From assembly GCA_026126065.1 (NCBI GenBank), contig JAHCJY010000005.1, forward strand, positions 125,058-189,057: DNA of 64,000 nt, in the 5' to 3' direction. Of the stretch, positions 7,398 through 14,358 are shown one piece after another. A program made the translations under genes and the position numbers. The stretch is from Bauldia sp. (GTDB taxonomy: Bacteria; Pseudomonadota; Alphaproteobacteria; Rhizobiales; Kaistiaceae). Positions within the stretch are counted from its first letter, which is position 1, and each line of letters starts with the position of its first letter. The notes below the pieces were generated by a model. It was not told where the DNA came from, made no database searches, and was given only the letters and a program-made list of their open reading frames with translations.

Positions 7398-9329
7398 CTA
7401 TTCTTTCTCGTCGACGCCAAGGTCCTGATCCACGTGCTTCCGCCGCGGCGGAAGCACGCGTTCCTCCCGCAGGAACCGGGCGACCTTCCTCCTGATGCGG
7501 TGGGCGATCGCGAAGACCGCCTCGGCGGGGTTGGCCATTCCACCAGATGCTGCCCACTCGTCGATGGCCTGCGGGAGATCGAAGACGAGTGATTCGTCGT
7601 GGGTGAAGACGCGAACGCGTTCCGGAGACGTCCCCACCCTGGCGAGGATCGCGTTGACGGCCCGGCGGGCCGCCTCGTTCGCGCCCTCCATGCAGGCGAG
7701 ATCGGTGTCGGTGCTGACATAGTCGGCGGCGAGGAACATGTTCTTGAGCCCGACATCGGCCTCGGGACGACTCTTCGCCGAGTTGACGGTATTGATGAAC
7801 AGCGGCTCGGCGTTGTCGAGCTTGATGGTAATCGCGGAAGCCGGAGGCATCGATTCTCCCAGGAACACGTCCTCCTTCGGAAGCTCGACCTTCAGGTCCT
7901 CGAATCTCTGGACGGCGATCGTGCTGCCGACGAAGCCACTGGCCACCAACGCCCGTAGTGCCCTCCAATCCACCTTGACGAACCAGTTCAGACTGGAATC
8001 GATCTCGTAGTCGACGATGTTGTCGGAGGCGAGAGCCGGGATGCCGGGCTGATGCCGCTGTAGCTGTGCGAGCACCTCCGCGACGAGATTGGAGGGCATC
8101 GCCTTCCGGGCCCGTCGTGGAGCATGATCGGAATCGCCGGGATGAATGAAGAAGTCCGAGATGATGACCGACACCACCTCCTTCACGCCGCTGGCGGCGT
8201 TGTATGTAGTCACAGGCCGGCGCCAGTAACGCGTGGGTGCGATCGATGTGAGCGCCCAGGCCGAGTTTATGTGGGCGACGTGACCCGGGAGAAGACCGAC
8301 CCGGCTCCGCGAATAGAACGAAATGCCAGCCATCCAGTTCACGCCGAGCGTGGCCTTATTCATCTTTGCCAAGGCCGGAAAACGCTCGATGCGATTGCGC
8401 GCAGACCAGGGGCCAACCAGCTTGCGCGCTACCTCGAGAGGCACGCACAGGAGGTAGTAGTCGGCCTTGATGGGCTCCTGCTCGTCGGGCGCGTCTTCCG
8501 GTGCATCGCCGAGACGCCACTTAACGCCGACGATCTCCTTGCCTCTCAACGTCAGCGCGACGGCCTGGACGTTCGGGCGGAACTTGACACCGATGGCGTC
8601 GCCGTCGGCCGTTTCCAGAAAAGCCTTCCACGGATCGATCCAGATCTCGCTGGTCGGTCCGGCGAGAATCCAGTCCATTCCCTTGCCGGACCAGAAATCG
8701 TCGAACATCCGGGCGAGGATGGTGACCACGGTCTTCGTGCTCGATGACTGCGCATCCATCGCGACGAAGTTTTGGGTAAGGCCGTCGACGATGGCGGTGC
8801 GGTAGGCCAGCGACATCCTGTCGGCCTCCATGAAGTCCCACCACGATTTGAGGTCGAGCTCCTCCCAACGCCGAAGCGCCGACGTCGAAAGCGCAATACC
8901 GATCTTGCGGGCCGCGAAGGCTGCTTCGCCCGGCCCAAGGCCAAGATCTGGATTGCTGAAGCCCGTCTGCAGGGCGCGGAACAATTCGTTCAGGGTCTTG
9001 GGCCGGCGGGTCGGAAAGCGAAACGGTTCCTTCTTGAGCCGCGACAGCGCGCCTTCCGGTACCTCGACAAGATCCTTCGCGACGCTTCCGTTGAGGCCCG
9101 GAATGCGCGCCATGGTGTCCCGGACATTCCGATAGAAGCTCGGGAAGAAGCGGAAGCCGTGCTCCGCCGGGAGGCCTTTGATCTTCTCCTTGTCGCTGCA
9201 ATAGCTCCGTGCCTTGCCGCCGAAGATCGTCCGTCGCTCGTAGACAGTGACGTCGAAGCCCCGCTCCCTGAGTTCGTGGGCAGCCGTCAGTCCGGCGATG
9301 CCACCACCAATGATCGCTACCGTCGTCAC
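7398..9329 (-). CDS. FAD-dependent oxidoreductase, amine-oxidase/phytoene-desaturase superfamily (paralog 2, about 643 aa)
   Basis: The GTG start at 9329 is preceded by AGGGGGAAGG. The dinucleotide-binding motif is VAIIGGGIAGLTAAHEL, the GG motif is FGGKARS, and the C-terminal FAD motif is FLAADYVSTDTDLACMEGANEAARRAVNAIL. The longer 718-aa ORF-track version would overlap the upstream gene. Confidence 0.75.
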   Translation of the reverse strand: MTTVAIIGGGIAGLTAAHELRERGFDVTVYERRTIFGGKARSYCSDKEKIKGLPAEHGFRFFPSFYRNVRDTMARIPGLNGSVAKDLVEVPEGALSRLKKEPFRFPTRRPKTLNELFRALQTGFSNPDLGLGPGEAAFAARKIGIALSTSALRRWEELDLKSWWDFMEADRMSLAYRTAIVDGLTQNFVAMDAQSSSTKTVVTILARMFDDFWSGKGMDWILAGPTSEIWIDPWKAFLETADGDAIGVKFRPNVQAVALTLRGKEIVGVKWRLGDAPEDAPDEQEPIKADYYLLCVPLEVARKLVGPWSARNRIERFPALAKMNKATLGVNWMAGISFYSRSRVGLLPGHVAHINSAWALTSIAPTRYWRRPVTTYNAASGVKEVVSVIISDFFIHPGDSDHAPRRARKAMPSNLVAEVLAQLQRHQPGIPALASDNIVDYEIDSSLNWFVKVDWRALRALVASGFVGSTIAVQRFEDLKVELPKEDVFLGESMPPASAITIKLDNAEPLFINTVNSAKSRPEADVGLKNMFLAADYVSTDTDLACMEGANEAARRAVNAILARVGTSPERVRVFTHDESLVFDLPQAIDEWAASGGMANPAEAVFAIAHRIRRKVARFLREERVLPPRRKHVDQDLGVDEKE

Positions 9330-9363
9330 GCCTTCCCCCTTTCCCGCCGGAGCGGACGGGCAG

Positions 9364-11190
9364 CTACGGCCCGGGTTTCCTGCGGTTGTTTCGCCGCGCG
9401 GCGAAGCGCCGGACGACGCCGGCGGGTATGCTTCCCGGCGATGGGAAGTTGCGCTGGAACAGCCACCGGTCGATCGACCGCGCGGGTGCGAAAACCGACG
9501 GCTCCGGGTAGGACCAGACTGAACAGGGGCGACGGTCCGGAGCCGCGAGGGCAAGGATGGCGTTCACCGCCCTCCGGCCCGCCTCGTTGGCGCCCTCCAT
9601 GGTCGCGAGGTCGGCGTTCGTCCGCACATAGTCGGCCGCCAGGAACGCGTTCTTGATGCCGACGTTCGTGCGTGGCCTGAGCTTCCAGGAGCCCACAGTG
9701 TTGATGAACAGCGGCGCGGCGTTGCCGGCTATCCGGACCAGGCGCGGATCGTCGTCGAGAAACTGCTCGACGAAGGCGGCGGGCGACACGAGTTGGCCAA
9801 GCAGTTCGGCCCTGCCGGGCGTGAAGTCCAGATCGGGATCGAGCTGGAAGTCGATCAGCGAATCGTCGAGATTTGGCCGCCCGGCAATATGGTCCTGAAG
9901 CTGCCTGAGAGCTTCAACCTTTATTTCCTCGGCGCTGTCCGCGTGCTTTGCCGCGTCATCTCCGCCGGCGTGGAAATTCGAGATGATGACCGACAGCACC
10001 TCACGAACGGCGCTATCCTTGAGAGCATACTTCTTCAGACTTGCCTGCCAGTGGCGGGTTTGGGCTATCGACGTGAGGGCCCACGACGAATCGAGAAACG
10101 CCGCGTGGTTGGCTAGAGTCGGTACCTCTTCACGAAGATAAAGGATCAGCCCAGACATCCAGCTTACCTTCAGTCCGATCTCGGGATCAATACAGTTATC
10201 GAGAACCGGCTTTAGTGCGGGATGCTGGCCAACAATCTCCTGGTTCTTCTCGAGAACCCCTGCCATCACTTCTACCGGAAGCGCGAACACGAAGTAGTCG
10301 GCTTCGATGAGACCACCTCCGGGCTCCTGCATGGGCATCTCGCAGTCGCGCTCGGACACGATCCAGTCGACGCTGACGACGCTTTTCGTGACCGGATCAT
10401 AGTTGATGGTCCCTGCAGCACACCCGCAGTTGAACAACACCTTCCGACGGCCGCGCTCGGGTTCGTCCCGGCTCAAGTAGTCGACCCACGGCTGGATCCA
10501 GACATCGCTCGTCGGGCCGTTGAGTATCCGGTCCATGCCGTCCTCGGACCAGAAGTCACGAAGAAGACGGGCGAGGATATTGATAACGGTCTTGGTGCTC
10601 GAGTGATCGGCGTCCATCGCCACGAAATTCTGCGTAAGGCCGTCGACGATGACGGCCCGGTAGGCCGGCGACATCATGTCGGCCTCCATGTATTTCGCCC
10701 AGGGCATGTCCTCGAGTTCATGCAGACGGCGTTCGTCGCTCATGGACAGGGCCGCCACCAACTTCGTCGTCGCAAAGGCGATCTCAGTTGCAGTCAGTCC
10801 GAGACCCGGATTGCTGAACATCTTGCGGATCATCCCGAGCGCTTCGCTGATGCCGCGAGGACTGCGGGTCGGGACGCGGAAGGGCGAACTGCCGATGCGG
10901 GAAAGGATGGCCTCTGGCACGGGGACCAGGTCAGCCAGCACGCTCCCGTGGCGGCCCGGAATCCGTGACAGAGTATCGTTCAGGTGTTGGTAGAAGCTCG
11001 GGAAGAACCGGAAGCCGTGCTCGGCTGGAAGGCCCGCCACGGTGGCCTTTTCGGAGGGGAAGCTTCGCGCCTTGCCACCTAAGACACGGCGCTTCTCCCA
11101 GACGGTGACCTTGAATCCGCGCTCCCGCAACTCGTGGGCCGCGGTCAGGCCGGCGACACCACCGCCGATAACGGCAACAGTCTTGGTCAT
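9364..11190 (-). CDS. FAD-dependent oxidoreductase, amine-oxidase/phytoene-desaturase superfamily (paralog 1, 608 aa)
   Basis: MTKTVAVIGGGVAGLTAAHELRERGF...LGGKARS...EHGFRFFPSFY...FLAADYVRTNADLATMEGANEAGRRAVNAIL. It is collinear with the protein at 7398-9329, with 55/76 identical residues over the N-terminal block counted by hand. ATG at 11190 follows a G10 tract, and an in-frame upstream ATG at 11244 is also possible. Confidence 0.75.
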   Translation of the reverse strand: MTKTVAVIGGGVAGLTAAHELRERGFKVTVWEKRRVLGGKARSFPSEKATVAGLPAEHGFRFFPSFYQHLNDTLSRIPGRHGSVLADLVPVPEAILSRIGSSPFRVPTRSPRGISEALGMIRKMFSNPGLGLTATEIAFATTKLVAALSMSDERRLHELEDMPWAKYMEADMMSPAYRAVIVDGLTQNFVAMDADHSSTKTVINILARLLRDFWSEDGMDRILNGPTSDVWIQPWVDYLSRDEPERGRRKVLFNCGCAAGTINYDPVTKSVVSVDWIVSERDCEMPMQEPGGGLIEADYFVFALPVEVMAGVLEKNQEIVGQHPALKPVLDNCIDPEIGLKVSWMSGLILYLREEVPTLANHAAFLDSSWALTSIAQTRHWQASLKKYALKDSAVREVLSVIISNFHAGGDDAAKHADSAEEIKVEALRQLQDHIAGRPNLDDSLIDFQLDPDLDFTPGRAELLGQLVSPAAFVEQFLDDDPRLVRIAGNAAPLFINTVGSWKLRPRTNVGIKNAFLAADYVRTNADLATMEGANEAGRRAVNAILALAAPDRRPCSVWSYPEPSVFAPARSIDRWLFQRNFPSPGSIPAGVVRRFAARRNNRRKPGP

Positions 11191-11193
11191 GCT

Positions 11194-11203
11194 CCCCCCC
11201 CCC
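11194..11203 (-). repeat. Homopolymeric G10 tract (C10 on the plus strand) at the 5' end of the first oxidoreductase gene
   Basis: The minus strand reads CCC GGGGGGGGGG AGC ATG. The tract lies 3 nt upstream of ATG 11190 and in frame inside the alternative ORF starting at 11244. Confidence 0.9.
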
Positions 11204-11388
11204 GGGTCGCTGCTAGCATTGGATGCAGGACGACATCGTGTCAACTGAACCGCGCATTACGCGTCTGCTGAACGTGAAGTCGCCATGTTTTTGCCTGCAG
11301 AGGGAACACCTTGAAAGACGAGCACCGCGAGTGCGCTATCGCGATGCTTCTTGCCATCTGGGGCGGTACTTACTGCTATCCAGGGTAG

Positions 11389-11721
11389 CTACGCGCACCC
11401 GAAGTAGAACACCCCGCCCCGCAGTTCCGCGCGGGCCCGGCGGTGGGAGACGCCGTCCGCGCCGCAGTCGGTCCGCTGCGCGGTCGCACCAGTGCGGGTC
11501 CAGCAGATCCATTCGAACTCGCCGCTGTGATCCACACGTACGTAGCCGTCGAAGAATGTATCCCGGCCGGGCGCCAGGACGTTGCCCTGGAACTCGACGC
11601 TTTCGCAGCGCTCGAAGGTCTGGCCGGCGGCGAGCGCGGTGGCAGGAACGCCCGGGCCGGCCGCGAGAGCGAGGGCGCCGATCATCGCAACGCGAAGAAG
11701 GGGATTGCTGGTCAACCTCAT
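11389..11721 (-). CDS. Small secreted 4-Cys protein (island paralog P2)
   Basis: 110 aa. The signal peptide MRLTSNPLLRVAMIGALALAAGPGVPATALAAG shares 17/26 positions with P1 over LLRV..IGALA...ALAAG. The mature part shares the C(N/E)S..F.G and DC.AD...G.V.Y..C patterns. Confidence 0.6.
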   Translation of the reverse strand: MRLTSNPLLRVAMIGALALAAGPGVPATALAAGQTFERCESVEFQGNVLAPGRDTFFDGYVRVDHSGEFEWICWTRTGATAQRTDCGADGVSHRRARAELRGGVFYFGCA

Positions 11722-11734
11722 TGTCGTGTGCCTT

Positions 11735-11762
11735 TGTGAGTGGTCACCGATCTCATGATCGG
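11735..11762. promoter_or_regulatory. Two adjacent inverted repeats in the divergent P2/crp-like intergenic region (candidate operator)
   Basis: TGTGAgtggTCAC lies at 11735-11747 (a CRP-like half-site, but with a 4-nt spacer). CCGATCtcatGATCGG lies at 11747-11762 (perfect 6-bp arms). Confidence 0.25.
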
Positions 11763-11882
11763 AGTTCCATCCTCCACAGGCGGCCTGCGCTATGATGTGC
11801 TGCGCGGCACGGCCGGATACATGGGGAGAACGACGGGACTGTCGCGATCGGGGGCAAGGGGCCGCGGGCAAGGGGGGACATC

Positions 11883-12566
11883 TTGGAAGCAAGTCTTGAG
11901 GTTGCTTCGCGCCTACTGGGAAGCTGCGTCCTGTTCCGCGATCTCGAAGTGGCCGATATCGCCGAACTCGCCGGGCAGGCGTCGCTGCGTCGCTACTCCG
12001 CCGGAGAGACAATCTTCCACATGGGCGATCCCGGCGAGAGCATGATGGGCATCGTGGCGGGGACAGTGCGCGTGGCACGAATTACGGCCCAGGGCGATGA
12101 ACTCGTCCTTGCGGATTTCGGGGCTGGCGACGTGTTCGGCGAGATCGCACTCCTTGACGGCCGGGGGCGTTCCGCAACCGCGAGTGCGGTCACCAACTGC
12201 ACGCTGGTCTACCTCTCCCGGACGGAGTTTCTGACATTCCTCGGGAGCCGGCCTGACGTTGCCGCATCGATCATCAGGCTCCTGTGCGGCAAGCTCCGAA
12301 CGGCGGATGACCGCTCGTCGGATCTCATCTTCCTCAGCCTCGGCGGTCGTTTGGCGAAGGCCCTTCTGGCGCGTGCGGTAACCTCCCCCGCCCACCCCGG
12401 AGGGCGGGTCTCCCTGAGCCAGTCGGAGCTCGCGACGATGATCGGCGCCACACGATCCAACGTGAACCGGCAGCTCAAGGCGTGGGAGCGCGCCGGCATC
12501 GTGGCGATGACCCGTGGCTGGATCGTGGTTCTGGACCGCGGCGCCCTGGCGGCGGAGGTCGACTAA
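11883..12566 (+). CDS. Crp/Fnr family transcriptional regulator (cNMP-binding domain plus C-terminal HTH)
   Basis: 227 aa. The phosphate-binding cassette is FGEIALLDGRGRSATASA (aa 85-100). The HTH is LSQSELATMIGATRSNVNRQLKAWERAGIV. The TTG start is preceded by AAGGGGGGA. Confidence 0.85.
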   Translation: MEASLEVASRLLGSCVLFRDLEVADIAELAGQASLRRYSAGETIFHMGDPGESMMGIVAGTVRVARITAQGDELVLADFGAGDVFGEIALLDGRGRSATASAVTNCTLVYLSRTEFLTFLGSRPDVAASIIRLLCGKLRTADDRSSDLIFLSLGGRLAKALLARAVTSPAHPGGRVSLSQSELATMIGATRSNVNRQLKAWERAGIVAMTRGWIVVLDRGALAAEVD

Positions 12567-12706
12567 CCGTCCGGTCAGCCAGACCATCGGCCGCACCAGA
12601 TAGTTCGTCGCGACGGCTCCGGCGCGCGCGTCGCCGAGCACGGTCCCTTCCGCCTCGTCCTTGAGGCAACGCCGGTCAACCCGCGCGCCAGAGATTGTCG
12701 GACCAG

Positions 12707-13003
12707 CTAGTAGACGTTGTAGGCAACGGTCGGATAGCCGAGGCCGCCCGGGCGGGTGTTCGAGACGCAGTTGCGCTCGGCGTCGGTGCGGCCGACGCGC
12801 GGCGCGAAGGTCAGATAGACGCCGAGGCTGTCGGGCGAACTCGGCCCCGGCCGTTCGCCCTCGAGCATCATGGCAAGACGGGCGCCGAGGGCATTCGCCG
12901 ATTTCGTCGGAGATGGCGACGCGGCAAGCGAAGCGTGCCTGCTATTGCAGGTCGGAAGGCCACAGGCATTGACGATCGTGAGGATAAACGTGCTGTGCTT
13001 CAA
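12707..13003 (-). CDS. Putative small lipoprotein (possible third, diverged member of the island Cys-protein family)
   Basis: From TTG at 13003 the translation is [14 protein letters not shown]|GLPTCNS...DAERNCVSN...VAYNVY, with a lipobox-like VNAC. Third-position GC is very high over the last ~60 codons. CNS and D.ERNC echo P1/P2 motifs. The ORF-track entry 12707-13240 fuses it in frame to the integrase stub. Confidence 0.35.
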   Translation of the reverse strand: MKHSTFILTIVNACGLPTCNSRHASLAASPSPTKSANALGARLAMMLEGERPGPSSPDSLGVYLTFAPRVGRTDAERNCVSNTRPGGLGYPTVAYNVY

Positions 13004-13089
13004 TCGGCGAGTGGTTTCACCTTCACCACTTGGCGGGACGGTCCGAATCGGTTCGGTCCGACCCTCTACGGTATTGTCTACCGCGGCGT

Positions 13090-13240
13090 CTGGCCTCGCG
13101 CCGCGGTCGAGCTTGTGCCCTTGCCCGCGCGCCCAGGCGACCGCATCTTTGTGGTCTGCAAAGGTCCTGAATACCTTTGGCTGTGTCGAACGCCGGACTT
13201 GGGCCTGCCAACTCGATCTGCGGCGAACGATCGGCGCCAC
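13090..13240 (-). pseudogene. Tyrosine integrase N-terminal stub (about 50 codons)
   Basis: [47 protein letters not shown] matches the common integrase N-terminal pattern (W/Y-RAQVRRKG...SKTF.T...A..WAR..E..mdRG). Third-position GC is lower than in neighbouring genes. No core-binding or catalytic domain follows in any frame. Confidence 0.5.
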
Positions 13241-13301
13241 TGGGCTTCCTCTGCAGCAGTTTCGCAGCAGTGAGAGCCGCGAAAGACGGTATCACGACTG
13301 T

Positions 13302-13410
13302 ATTCCAATGCAGCAGAACTGCAGCAGCAATGGACCAAGCCGCGAAAATGGCTGAAAAACCCGCGCAATTCCGACGCCCGCGCTTCGCCGTCGCCCCGAT
13401 GATGGACTGG
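13302..13410 (+). repeat. dusA 5' segment, functional copy (attR-like)
   Basis: Direct repeat of 504-602 (see that entry). It contains the dusA start codon and the codons for RFAVAPMMDW. Confidence 0.75.
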
Positions 13411-14355
13411 ACGGACCGGCATTGCCGCGTCTTCCATCGCCGGCTGACGCGCAGTGCACTCCTCTACACCGAGATGGTGACGGCGGAGGCGATCCTCCGT
13501 GGCGACCGCGAGCGGCTCCTCGGCTTCAGCCCCGAGGAGCAGCCGGTGGCGCTCCAGCTCGGCGGCTCGGACCCGGTGCGGCTCGCCGAGGCGGCGCGGA
13601 TCGGGGAGGGGTTTGGCTATGCCGAGATCAATCTCAATGTCGGCTGCCCGTCGGATCGCGTGAAGTCGGGGGATTTCGGCGCCTGCCTGATGCTGCGGCC
13701 GGAACTCGTCGGTGACTGCGTGGCCGCGATGAAGTCCGCCGTGACCATCCCGGTGACGGTGAAATGCCGGCTTGGCGTGGACGAGCAGGACACCGAGACC
13801 GCGCTCGACGCGCTGGCCGATGCGGTGCTTGCCTCCGGCGCCGATGGTATCTGGGTGCACGCGCGGAAGGCCTGGCTGCAAGGCCTCAGCCCCAAGGAAA
13901 ACCGCACCGTCCCGCCGCTCGACTACGGCCGCGTCCGCCGCCTCAAGGAGCGGCTGCCGCACGTATTCGTCGGAATCAATGGCGGTATCCCCGACATCGA
14001 CGCCGCGGAAGCGGAGCTTGCCCATGTCGACGGCGTCATGCTCGGCCGTGCCGCGTATGAGCGGCCCGGCGTGCTTGCGGAGGTCGACCGCCGCCTCTTC
14101 GGCGCGACGGAGCCTGACCCCGATCCGGTCGCCGTCGCGCGCGCGATGATCCCGTATGTCGACGCCCTCGTGGCTGTCGGACGGCCAGCCAACCGGGCGA
14201 CCCGGCACATGCTCGGCCTCTTCCACGGCCGGCCGGGGGCGCGGGCGTGGCGCCGGGTGATGACGCTCGGCCCGACACGACCCGGAGCGGCCGGCGCCGT
14301 GATCGAGGACGCACTGGCGGCGATGGCCCGTGAGGGCGAGCGCCTCGCCGCCTGA
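13348..14355 (+). CDS. dusA: tRNA-dihydrouridine(20/20a) synthase DusA
   Basis: MAEKPAQFRRPRFAVAPMMDWTDRHCRVFHRRLT...EINLNVGCPSDRV...VTVKCRLG are hallmark DusA motifs. An alternative in-frame ATG lies at 13330. Confidence 0.9.
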   Translation: MAEKPAQFRRPRFAVAPMMDWTDRHCRVFHRRLTRSALLYTEMVTAEAILRGDRERLLGFSPEEQPVALQLGGSDPVRLAEAARIGEGFGYAEINLNVGCPSDRVKSGDFGACLMLRPELVGDCVAAMKSAVTIPVTVKCRLGVDEQDTETALDALADAVLASGADGIWVHARKAWLQGLSPKENRTVPPLDYGRVRRLKERLPHVFVGINGGIPDIDAAEAELAHVDGVMLGRAAYERPGVLAEVDRRLFGATEPDPDPVAVARAMIPYVDALVAVGRPANRATRHMLGLFHGRPGARAWRRVMTLGPTRPGAAGAVIEDALAAMAREGERLAA

Positions 14356-14358
14356 GGC

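Larger units (their letters stand above)
504..13410. mobile_element. Degenerate genomic island inserted in the 5' end of dusA (dusA-targeting integrative element, apparently immobilised)
   Basis: About 100 bp of the dusA 5' UTR and first codons occur twice in direct orientation, at 504-602 and 13302-13410. The last 34 nt are 33/34 identical and both copies end exactly at ATGATGGACTGG (MMDW). An integrase N-terminal stub lies next to the intact dusA, and an IS481-like stub lies inside the segment. Confidence 0.7.

Noticed and set aside
7398-9554. The 718-aa version of the second flavoprotein (and the 626-aa version of the first, 9364-11244), as given by the ORF track.
   Set aside because: The N-terminal extensions are Arg/Ser/Pro-rich, and the 718-aa version overlaps the upstream gene. 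In both genes a good SD lies directly before the start that precedes the GxGxxG motif. The 11244 start is kept only as an alternative because of the in-frame G10 tract.
1566-12566. The cyclase plus cNMP-binding protein could be read as a Pycsar-type (pyrimidine cyclase) anti-phage system.
   Set aside because: Known Pycsar effectors fuse the cNMP-binding domain to TIR or membrane-disrupting domains. Here the receptor is an ordinary Crp-type HTH regulator, and the cyclase is embedded in a 1643-aa sensor. I keep this only as a remote analogy, not a call.
12695-13273. A 192-aa plus-strand ORF across the integrase-stub region.
   Set aside because: It has no motifs. The opposite strand shows the integrase N-terminal pattern and a high-GC3 lipoprotein-like frame, which explains the open frame as a shadow.
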